Shown here: one piece after another, positions 28,186 to 36,233 of the stretch
Layout of the letters: every line of letters begins with the position of its first letter
How positions within the stretch are numbered: the stretch's first letter is position 1
Source of the DNA: a virus
Taxonomy: Duplodnaviria > Caudoviricetes
Length of the DNA: 63,686 nt
Reading direction: 5' to 3' (one strand)
IMG/VR virus record: IMGVR_UViG_3300020045_000643
Span: 1 to 63,686 of that record
Program-made: the position numbers and the translations under genes
The notes under the pieces: model-generated
The model's input: only the letters and a program-made list of their open reading frames with translations
Told to the model about the DNA's origin: nothing
The model's database searches: none

Positions 28186-28380
28186 ATGTATCAAGCAATT
28201 CAAGATTTGCCAAATGGCGTCAAGGTTAATTACGTCAAGCGCCTCGCAGACAAAGCCTTCATCCCCTTCGACTTAGCCAACACAGACTACCAAGCCTATT
28301 TGAAATGGCTGGAAGAAGGCAACACGCCTGAAGAGGCTTTGACTGAAGTCTTAGTACCAGCAGACGAGGTTCAACAATGA
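28186..28380 (+). CDS. Small fibre-associated (chaperone-like) protein
   Basis: IPFDLANTDYQAYLKWLEEGNTPE. Confidence 0.7.
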   Translation: MYQAIQDLPNGVKVNYVKRLADKAFIPFDLANTDYQAYLKWLEEGNTPEEALTEVLVPADEVQQ

Positions 28381-28571
28381 GTGATCACCAATTAACAACA
28401 GAGACGGGGGCTGCAATGATTACTAAAGCAACTCCTCCAGTGACTATATCCTTAGCGACAGTTGCTGGTTATCAAGTATCTGAGCTAGTCTTATGGGCTA
28501 CTCTTATCTACACCGTGTTAATGATCGGTCATAAAGCCTATCAAATCTACAAAGAGTTTAAGGAGCCTTAA
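28377..28571 (+). CDS. Putative holin
   Basis: Small hydrophobic protein at the start of the lysis cluster. Confidence 0.5.
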   Translation: MSDHQLTTETGAAMITKATPPVTISLATVAGYQVSELVLWATLIYTVLMIGHKAYQIYKEFKEP

Positions 28572-29305
28572 TGCCAGTACTCATTCTTGCAGGAGCAATC
28601 AAAGCAGTTGAAGCAATCCAGCAAGGATGCGAGATGTATAAAGAATATAAGGGAACGGTTATGCGAGCAAAGAAAACATTTGATGAAGTTAAAGGTATCG
28701 CTACTGAAGTAACAAACGTCAGTACAGGTATCTGGGGCTTTCTCAAATCAAAATTCTTTACTGATGAACCACCTCCTAAAGTAGTTGCTCCTAAAGCTGT
28801 AGAAGAAATTAAAAAGATCACTAAGCCTACAAAGGAATATGAGGAGTTTGATGAGCAATCTGTTAAGACTGAATTAATTAAACAACTCAAGATATTCTTT
28901 AAGGCTATGATCGCTATGAAAAAGAAGATAGCAGAACAACAGGAACGTATTGACCATAGTGAAATAAACCCTGATGAACTCTTGGATATCTCTCTTGACC
29001 ATGTAGTAGCTCTCAAAGAAATGGAGAAGCTACAAAAAGAAATTCGTGAGATAATGGTTTACCAGAGTCCTCCCGAGCTAGGTGCATTATATACAGACGT
29101 AGTTAATATGTTTGGTATTGTACAAGAAAAACAAGAAGCAACTCATCTTCGTAATATGAGAAAAAAGAAAGAGGCATACCAAAGAAAGCAGAGACTTTTA
29201 AATAAGTTTCATAGTAGAATTTCTTGGGTAGTTGTCGTGGCAGTAATTATTCTAGAAGTATGGGGGCTGTTATTAACAATTCATCTAGCGAAACCGCATA
29301 TATAA
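28571..29305 (+). CDS. Coiled-coil protein with C-terminal TM helix
   Basis: Charged coiled coil and one C-terminal hydrophobic helix. Confidence 0.65.
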   Translation: MPVLILAGAIKAVEAIQQGCEMYKEYKGTVMRAKKTFDEVKGIATEVTNVSTGIWGFLKSKFFTDEPPPKVVAPKAVEEIKKITKPTKEYEEFDEQSVKTELIKQLKIFFKAMIAMKKKIAEQQERIDHSEINPDELLDISLDHVVALKEMEKLQKEIREIMVYQSPPELGALYTDVVNMFGIVQEKQEATHLRNMRKKKEAYQRKQRLLNKFHSRISWVVVVAVIILEVWGLLLTIHLAKPHI

Positions 29306-29408
29306 GCTTCCTTGTATTACTCACGCTATTATTCTTTATTATATTACCCTTTGAGTTATACCTTTATATAATCGTTAAAGACGCAGTTGATGCGTGTAGG
29401 AGATAATC

Positions 29409-29663
29409 ATGGACGAGATTATGAAAAAGAAGTGGACCTATTTAATGGGTCTTACTTACATGGCAATTAACATTGCTGACTTTATTGTCTTCCCTATTAT
29501 GTACACTATTGTACAGTTCTGGGAAGTACAGGCAGCTAACGATGCCTTCCGTCAGTGGGTTCCATTGACATTAACTAATGGTGGCTTTGTGCATATTGCC
29601 TTTGCTGCTATCCTCGGTATCTCTGCTATGAATAAGAAAGAGGAAGATGCTAAGCCTGTTTAA
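29409..29663 (+). CDS. Membrane protein, holin-like (2 TM)
   Basis: W...MG.TYM.I...DFIVFP...W.PLTL..GG.VHIAF.AILGI. Confidence 0.6.
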   Translation: MDEIMKKKWTYLMGLTYMAINIADFIVFPIMYTIVQFWEVQAANDAFRQWVPLTLTNGGFVHIAFAAILGISAMNKKEEDAKPV

Positions 29664-30054
29664 CCCTTCGGTTATTCTTGGTATTATTATTGCTATGGGT
29701 GCCTCATTTGGTTGGGGTCACCACATGGCATACGTTGAGCAACAAGCCGAAATAGGTAGGCTCAATGCAGTTATGGCAGAAGAAGCTGCTGAGACTAATG
29801 CAAAGTATACTAAGGAAAAACAAGATGCACAAATTAAAATCACTAAGCTTAGGGCTGATATTGATGCTGGCGCTGTCAGGTTGTCAATCCCCAGTCCCGT
29901 ATCAAATCCCGCCTCTGGAGCTTCAGAAGCGAGAGCCGAACTTGACAGACAGACTAGTCAAGCTCTTATCACCATCACAACAGACGGAGACGAAGCAATA
30001 AGAGATTTGAATCTCTGTATTGATCGTTATAACCAAGTAAGGAATGTTAAATGA
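29647..30054 (+). CDS. Rz-like inner-membrane spanin
   Basis: N-terminal TM, coiled coil, LRADI.AG..RLSI and C-terminal GD.AI..LN.CI. Confidence 0.8.
   Translation: MLSLFNPSVILGIIIAMGASFGWGHHMAYVEQQAEIGRLNAVMAEEAAETNAKYTKEKQDAQIKITKLRADIDAGAVRLSIPSPVSNPASGASEARAELDRQTSQALITITTDGDEAIRDLNLCIDRYNQVRNVK
29825..30001 (+). CDS. Rz1-like outer-membrane lipoprotein spanin embedded in Rz
   Basis: Alternative frame MHKLKSLSLGLILMLALSG|C lipobox followed by a Pro-rich mature part. Confidence 0.75.
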   Translation: MHKLKSLSLGLILMLALSGCQSPVPYQIPPLELQKREPNLTDRLVKLLSPSQQTETKQ

Positions 30055-30503
30055 ACCTCTCTGAACACTTCACCCTAGACGAAGCCACTCACTCTGACAC
30101 GGCTATTCGTATGGGTATCCCTAATCAACCGTCTACTCTACAACTAGAGAACATGAAGGTTGCTGCCCAAAAACTAGAACAACTCCGTGCTGTTACTGGT
30201 CCACTAAACATTAACTCATGGCTACGTTTGCCTGATGTTAACGTAGCTGTAGGTGGCTCTAAGGTATCCTCACACATGGATGGTTGGGCTATTGACGTCT
30301 CTAGCTCTAAGCTGACCCCTATTCAGCTATGCCAAGAAGTAAAGAAAGCTGGTATTAAGTTTGACCAGATGATCCACGAATTTGGTCGTTGGATGCACAT
30401 CAGCTTTGCACCTGAAATGCGTCAACAGGAACTCACTATCTTCCGTCCAGAAAACAAGTATAAAGCTGGCATCCTCACAGAAGCAGAATACCACGCAGCG
30501 TAA
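30051..30503 (+). CDS. Endolysin, peptidase M15 family
   Basis: LSEHFTL.E...S.TA, INSWLR...N..VGG...SSHM.G.A.D, DQ.I.E...W.H.S. Confidence 0.88.
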   Translation: MNLSEHFTLDEATHSDTAIRMGIPNQPSTLQLENMKVAAQKLEQLRAVTGPLNINSWLRLPDVNVAVGGSKVSSHMDGWAIDVSSSKLTPIQLCQEVKKAGIKFDQMIHEFGRWMHISFAPEMRQQELTIFRPENKYKAGILTEAEYHAA

Positions 30504-30518
30504 TCGGTACCTAATAGG
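30502..30518 (+). promoter_or_regulatory. Putative phage RNAP promoter AATCGGTACCTAATAGG
   Basis: Intergenic 17-mer copy just upstream of phoH. Confidence 0.7.
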
Positions 30519-30526
30519 AAACAATC

Positions 30527-31210
30527 TTGAAAAGAAACCAACGTAACAAGGCAAAGGAGCTTGAGGCACGTCCTCGCTCTTTCCACATCCAACCTAAGAC
30601 ACACAACCAAGGATTATTGTTAGACGCTATCGAGTACTTCCCTATCACAGTCACCTTAGGTGCGGCTGGTGTAGGTAAGACTTACTGTGCAGCCTCGAAG
30701 GTAGCACAACTATTTCAGTCGGGTACATATGACCATATTATTCTTACACGGAGTAATGTCCCTACAGGACGGTCATTAGGTTTCTTTCCCGGCGACATCA
30801 AAGAGAAGTTAGCTCCGTGGCTACTTCCTATGATCACAGTATTACAAAAACAATTAACACAAACTAAGTACGAATACTTACTTGCTAAGGATACAATCCA
30901 GTACCAACCTATTGAGACTATCAGAGGTCGTTCATTTGAGAACGCTCTTATTTTAGTTGATGAAGTACAAAACATTACCATTGAAGAATTAAAAGCTATT
31001 ACTACTCGCTTAGGTGAGAATAGCAAAATGGTTCTTATGGGTGATGCTTCTCAGTCAGACATTAATAATGGTAAAGATATTCTCAAGTTCTGTAAGATGT
31101 GTGAGAACGCAGGTATTGAGATTCCTATTGTGAGATTCACAGTAGACGATATTGTAAGATCAGACATTGTAGGTGACTTAGTCAGAATGTTTATTAAAGA
31201 AAAGATTTAA
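30527..31210 (+). CDS. phoH: PhoH-family ATPase
   Basis: GAAGVGKT, LGFFPGDIKEK, RGRSF, DEVQN, TRLGE, GD..QSD, DIVRS. Confidence 0.93.
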   Translation: MKRNQRNKAKELEARPRSFHIQPKTHNQGLLLDAIEYFPITVTLGAAGVGKTYCAASKVAQLFQSGTYDHIILTRSNVPTGRSLGFFPGDIKEKLAPWLLPMITVLQKQLTQTKYEYLLAKDTIQYQPIETIRGRSFENALILVDEVQNITIEELKAITTRLGENSKMVLMGDASQSDINNGKDILKFCKMCENAGIEIPIVRFTVDDIVRSDIVGDLVRMFIKEKI

Positions 31211-31220
31211 AGGAATTACT

Positions 31221-32762
31221 ATGGCAACACCAGTAGAACAATTAGGTAGAGGTGGTTTAAATACTGATCTCCCGCCTATGATTGTACCTCCGAATACGTT
31301 TACGGATTTATTAAACGTGCGATTTGATGATGAAAGCGTACAAACTACTACTGGTGAAACCACTTCTAGAGTAGTTACTATTACACCTGACTATGGCATT
31401 CACTGGAGACGACCAGACCAAGGATATAATATCTTTGCTAAGAATGGTAATATTGTCCGTGTAGATGCTGCAGGTAACCAGTCAACAATGTATACAAATA
31501 CAGATGCTGGCTATAACAACAGTGATTGGCAAGGTACTTTATTTAATGGAGGTTATGCAATTGTCCTTAATAACGGTGCTACTACCCCTGTATATTGCTT
31601 ATATGGAAGTGCTTCAGCTGGTTCTACCTTCCAACCATTACCCGGATGGAACTACATTGCAGGATTAACTGTTACTGCTAAAGTAATTCGTTCATTGAAT
31701 TATTCTCTGATTGCAGCTAACTTAACGATTAATCAAGGTGGCACAATTACTTATGCCCCTAGTACTGTACGAGTATCTGTTCAAGCTGCTACAGGTAATA
31801 TCCCTACAGTATGGCAACCTGGTATTACTACCGATACTGCCGATGAATTTGAATTAAACTCTACTTCACCTATTTTAGATATGGCTGAATTAAGAGGGAA
31901 TATGTTTATTTATTCTTCAGATTCAATTAATATTTTAACTATTGGTGCAACAACAAGAGTGTCACCATATAGTAAGTCATATGGTATTCTTAGTACAGAC
32001 TGTGTAATCGAGGTTGACGGTAAACATTTTGTTGTTGATCGTAATGATATTTACACTCATAATGGTTCTGGTGCTATTGAATCTATTGCTGACTTCAGAA
32101 TTAAGAAATACTTCTTTAGTAATCTGAATAAAGATTATATTAATAAAGTACATCTTATTAAAAATTCTTTCTATAAAGAAATCTGGATTAATTACCCTAA
32201 AGGTTCATCTACTGTTTGTAATGAAGCTTTAGTTTATAATTATAAAAATAATACATGGTCTAAAAGAACATTACCATCGTTAACATACTCATTTACTGGT
32301 CCATCAAATATCTCTAATGCATTCCAATATGGAAATGAAGTAGTATATATGACTACTAATACGAACCAAACATTAGTTACTGACAGTAATTACTTAATGT
32401 GGAATGGTTCAGCGTTGACTTCATATACTTCTTATGTAGAGAAGAAGAAGCTTAATACAGGTGACGTTACTGGTAGTTCTTTGATTAGTGCTGTGTACCC
32501 TGTTTTTGATAAGGTACCCTCTGATGCTTCGATTACAGTACGTGTTGTAGGCCAGAATAACTACGTTGATGATGTTGATTTATCCGTAGATGATCCAGAA
32601 TTAAAAGATACGTTTACATTTTTACCTAATAACCCTAGAGCTCAAGGCTATAAAGTTGATCCCCGAGTAAATGGTCGTGTAATGAATTACAGGATTACTT
32701 CAGGTGGTCCTTGGCGTATGGCTATGATGGCGCTTGATGCACGAGCTGCAGACAGGAGATAA
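31221..32762 (+). CDS. Tail nozzle / DNA stabilization protein (P22 gp10-like)
   Basis: GLNTD.PP N-terminus, beta-propeller-like composition, EIWINYP...C..ALVYNY....WS. Confidence 0.7.
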   Translation: MATPVEQLGRGGLNTDLPPMIVPPNTFTDLLNVRFDDESVQTTTGETTSRVVTITPDYGIHWRRPDQGYNIFAKNGNIVRVDAAGNQSTMYTNTDAGYNNSDWQGTLFNGGYAIVLNNGATTPVYCLYGSASAGSTFQPLPGWNYIAGLTVTAKVIRSLNYSLIAANLTINQGGTITYAPSTVRVSVQAATGNIPTVWQPGITTDTADEFELNSTSPILDMAELRGNMFIYSSDSINILTIGATTRVSPYSKSYGILSTDCVIEVDGKHFVVDRNDIYTHNGSGAIESIADFRIKKYFFSNLNKDYINKVHLIKNSFYKEIWINYPKGSSTVCNEALVYNYKNNTWSKRTLPSLTYSFTGPSNISNAFQYGNEVVYMTTNTNQTLVTDSNYLMWNGSALTSYTSYVEKKKLNTGDVTGSSLISAVYPVFDKVPSDASITVRVVGQNNYVDDVDLSVDDPELKDTFTFLPNNPRAQGYKVDPRVNGRVMNYRITSGGPWRMAMMALDARAADRR

Positions 32763-32764
32763 CT

Positions 32765-33775
32765 ATGCTTACACCTCCCTATACTGGTAATGCTGAATTA
32801 GATGCTTTCCTTTATGACATTCATTTAGGCGGCATTGAAGGTTCTGGTACTGGTTCTGGATTTGTAGTAGACAGCGTTACTGGTACTATTAAGGACGACC
32901 AAGGTAACGTTGTTGGCTATCTATATCAGTTTATCCATATTAAGTATGCTGATAGTAATACTGGTTTGAATATTAGCAATAGCCCCACTAATAGAAGTTT
33001 CTATGGTGTTCACAATAGTACAAACGGTACTGAGGATACTGTAAATCCTTCTGACTTTACTTGGTATGAAGTTCCATTTGGATTTTCTACTACTCGATTC
33101 TTGTACTACCAAGTACTAGGTGGTAGACAAATTAAGTTCACTGTAGAGACTGCACCTCCTGACTATCGATGGTTAGTTGATTCAGGCGCAGCTGTTAATT
33201 TAGATATCTTAGTACCTACAAAAACTATTTCTTCTAATGAGCTATTAGATGCTGCTGTTACTGAACTAAAAATTGCTAACGCAGCTGTAACATCTGCTAA
33301 AACAAACATTGCTGCCATTAGTGCTGCTACAGGTAACCTTGTGGCTAACTCAGTAGGTACAACCCAAATCACAGACAACGCTATTACTACCCAAAAGATT
33401 GTAGCTAATGCTATTACTGCAGGTACTATTGCTGCTAACGCTGTGACAACTTCTAAGATTGAAGCCTCAGCTATTACTGGTGAAAAGATTGCAGCTGGTT
33501 CTATTACTGCAGATAAGATTGTATCTGATTCAATTACTGCTCTACAGATTGCTGCGGGTGCTATTGGTGCTTCTGAGATTGCTGCTAGTGCAGTTACTGC
33601 TGATAAGATTAACGTAGGTACATTATCAGCTATTTCTGCTAATATGGGTACTATTACTGCAGGTACTATTAGATTACCCGCTACAGGTAGTAGTTACATT
33701 ATTATTGATGGTAGTAATAACCGAATTGATGTTTATGATTCTGGTGTATTAAGAGTTAGGATTGGGCAACTATAA
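32765..33775 (+). CDS. Tail needle/spike-like protein with ITAxKI repeats
   Basis: HIKYAD motif, 10-aa ITA.KI.A.A repeats, LSAISANMGTITAG and C-terminal LRVRIGQL. Confidence 0.65.
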   Translation: MLTPPYTGNAELDAFLYDIHLGGIEGSGTGSGFVVDSVTGTIKDDQGNVVGYLYQFIHIKYADSNTGLNISNSPTNRSFYGVHNSTNGTEDTVNPSDFTWYEVPFGFSTTRFLYYQVLGGRQIKFTVETAPPDYRWLVDSGAAVNLDILVPTKTISSNELLDAAVTELKIANAAVTSAKTNIAAISAATGNLVANSVGTTQITDNAITTQKIVANAITAGTIAANAVTTSKIEASAITGEKIAAGSITADKIVSDSITALQIAAGAIGASEIAASAVTADKINVGTLSAISANMGTITAGTIRLPATGSSYIIIDGSNNRIDVYDSGVLRVRIGQL

Positions 33776-34053
33776 TGGCGTTAGGTATAAAAGTATGGAA
33801 CGCCTCAGGTAATGTTATTTTAGATTCTACTGACTCAATTACAAGGGTTATTGATGTATTTAACATTTCTTCAAGCACAGCAAGCGGTAGTCGAACATAT
33901 ACAAACTTACCTGCAGGTCGAGTGTGGTTTCAATACTATGCGCCTACAGGCGGCGACTATTTGCCTAGCATAACTATATCAGGTAACGTAGTCAGTTGGG
34001 TTTATAATTCTAGTTTTAGAACAAATGCAACTGTTATACTAGGAGTTTTTTAA
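33775..34053 (+). CDS. Tail tip-associated protein
   Basis: MALGIKVWNASG...LD motif typical of genes following central spikes. Confidence 0.6.
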   Translation: MALGIKVWNASGNVILDSTDSITRVIDVFNISSSTASGSRTYTNLPAGRVWFQYYAPTGGDYLPSITISGNVVSWVYNSSFRTNATVILGVF

Positions 34054-34716
34054 ATGTCTTACGGGCTACAAGCTAAAAATCAAAACAATGACGTTGTTAT
34101 TGATTCTGATTTTAGAAACTTTGTTTTTAAACAAAAACAAGTATTATCCTTTTCACCTGTTTCTGAACGTTCGGGGATGACTATTATCAACATTGCTCGC
34201 CAAACAGTAACGTATTATGGTGGTATAAGCCCTATTATTGCTATTAAAACAAATGGTGAAGTTGGTATAACCCAACTAGATATTTCTGGATCTACTTACA
34301 CTTGGACTTTTTCTGCTAATACAGCAACTGGTTGTACGGTTTATATATTTGATGTACCTACAACAGTATCTGGAACTACTGGTATTCAAGTGTTTGATGG
34401 TTCAAGCCAATGTGTTTTTAATAGCGAAAACAAGTACATGAAAGTAATAGACACTTTCCCTATAACTTGGGGTAATAGCTCATGGCCTACGGTAACAAGA
34501 ACTTACACATCAGGAGACTATGCTGTTGCCATTGGATGTCCTCGAACAGTTAGGATAATTGGTGGTTCAGCTGACACGGATGCTATAACTGCTAGTGCAA
34601 CTACCGTGACTGTTAAGTACGGAATTGCAGAGCATACCGCTTTTGTCAGGACATTAGGTACATTCAACGGTGATAACGTTGTAACAGGATTAACAATTAA
34701 CGTTGCAGGATTATAA
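34054..34716 (+). CDS. Tail tip-associated protein
   Basis: MSYGLQ..N.....IDS and GIQVFD.....VFNS repeats. Confidence 0.6.
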   Translation: MSYGLQAKNQNNDVVIDSDFRNFVFKQKQVLSFSPVSERSGMTIINIARQTVTYYGGISPIIAIKTNGEVGITQLDISGSTYTWTFSANTATGCTVYIFDVPTTVSGTTGIQVFDGSSQCVFNSENKYMKVIDTFPITWGNSSWPTVTRTYTSGDYAVAIGCPRTVRIIGGSADTDAITASATTVTVKYGIAEHTAFVRTLGTFNGDNVVTGLTINVAGL

Positions 34717-35133
34717 ATGAAAATAGTACTGATGTCCCACGAGGACGTATTAAAATACTGGGACACAGTCTCTAAGCATCTTAATAAATGTTTAGTTCAT
34801 GGGCAGAGTGAATCTACTCTTACTGACTATCTCAGGAAAATTCTTAATGATCAAGCTCACTGCTGGGCTATCATAGAGAATGCACGTATTACGGGCGTAG
34901 GTCTAACAGAAGTGTTATGCTATGCTCAACATAAAACACTTCACATTATTGCTTTCTCTGGTGAAGATTTTAAACAACAAGCACAAGTATTCCCTACAGT
35001 CGAAGAGTTCGCTAAGGGTCTTGGTTGTAAGGCAATAGAACAATGGGGCCGTCAAGGATGGGCTAAGGTACTACCTGAGTATGTACCCGGATTTAAACAA
35101 GCGTACGTGGTTATGCGAAAGGAATTAGAATGA
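34717..35133 (+). CDS. GNAT-like virion assembly protein
   Basis: FAKGLGC..IE.WGRQGWAKVL; position before the ejection proteins. Confidence 0.55.
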   Translation: MKIVLMSHEDVLKYWDTVSKHLNKCLVHGQSESTLTDYLRKILNDQAHCWAIIENARITGVGLTEVLCYAQHKTLHIIAFSGEDFKQQAQVFPTVEEFAKGLGCKAIEQWGRQGWAKVLPEYVPGFKQAYVVMRKELE

Positions 35134-35774
35134 GTTTATTTAGTGATGTCTTTGGTGGCGGTAATAGCGGTGCAGTAACTGAATCAGTACCTGCTTGGTT
35201 ACGTCCATATATGGAAAAAGCTGCAGGTAGTGCTACTAGCGCGTATGATGCAGGTGAATTAAGTAAGGTTGCAGGTAAGAATTTAAACCTAAATACTGGC
35301 TTTGGAATGGGCAGTACTATTTCTGATACCGCTACATCGGGCTTAGATACGTTACAAGATCAACAAGCAAGGTTATTAGAGCAAGCACAGACAGGTGGTC
35401 GTGCAGATCTCCAAGCAGCTCTTGATCAAAACTTAGGTCGTGCTACTGCTAAAGTAGGTCAAGACTACGGTGCATCTGGTACCTTAGGCTCTGCACGACA
35501 ATCATTAGCAGAAGGTACCGCTAAAGGTGCTATCATTGCTGACAATGAGAAAACTATTATGGCTAACAAAGCTGCAGGTGAAGCTGCCTTATCAGGTAAC
35601 GTAGGTAACCAAACAGGTTTAACAACAGGTACAGCTAGTGCATTAACTAACTTAGGCAGTGCAGAACGTGGTGTTGATCAGTCTCAACTAGACTCAACAT
35701 GGCAGGGTATTCAGCGTATGTCGTCTGCCGTGTATGGTAATCCCGCTAAACAAACTGCTATGGGTGGTAAATAA
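35130..35774 (+). CDS. Internal virion / DNA ejection protein
   Basis: G/A/S/Q-rich; P.WLRPY, GTLGSARQ. Confidence 0.65.
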   Translation: MSLFSDVFGGGNSGAVTESVPAWLRPYMEKAAGSATSAYDAGELSKVAGKNLNLNTGFGMGSTISDTATSGLDTLQDQQARLLEQAQTGGRADLQAALDQNLGRATAKVGQDYGASGTLGSARQSLAEGTAKGAIIADNEKTIMANKAAGEAALSGNVGNQTGLTTGTASALTNLGSAERGVDQSQLDSTWQGIQRMSSAVYGNPAKQTAMGGK

Positions 35775-36223
35775 TGAATAGAAAAGATCCTTGGGATTGG
35801 TCTACCCCTTTTCAGGGTAATCTACCACAACCTTTAGGCGCTCAGATAGCTCCTTTAGGTAATCAAAACAACATGCAAGCCCCTCCACCTATTCCCGGTC
35901 AGCCTAATATGATTAGCCAAGCTGTTCAAAATAGAGTTGTTAGTCGTGGATTGAATGAGGTACTACCTGAGAAAGCAACCGCAGCTATCCCAAATAAGGC
36001 ACCTGTGGTTGATGCTGTCCCTGTTCCTGTTGAACAGATTGCTGCACCTGTAATTGAAGCTGCACCATTAGGTAATGGGCTAGCCGCAGCTGGTGGCGGT
36101 AGTGAATTGCTCGCTGCAGGTGCTGAAGCTCAAGCTTTGTTAGAAGCTCAAATGGCTGCAGCCGCTGCTGCTGAATCAGGTGGTTTAATGGCAATGCTAT
36201 CAAGTGCTGCTGCTGCCGCTTAA
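35774..36223 (+). CDS. Internal virion protein, Pro/Ala-rich
   Basis: Low-complexity ORF in the ejection cluster. Confidence 0.55.
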   Translation: MNRKDPWDWSTPFQGNLPQPLGAQIAPLGNQNNMQAPPPIPGQPNMISQAVQNRVVSRGLNEVLPEKATAAIPNKAPVVDAVPVPVEQIAAPVIEAAPLGNGLAAAGGGSELLAAGAEAQALLEAQMAAAAAAESGGLMAMLSSAAAAA

Positions 36224-36233
36224 GGAGAAATAA

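Noticed and set aside
22474-28380. Diversity-generating retroelement or invertase shufflon acting on the fibres
   Set aside because: No reverse transcriptase, no adenine-specific TR/VR pair and no site-specific recombinase were seen, and all cassettes have the same orientation
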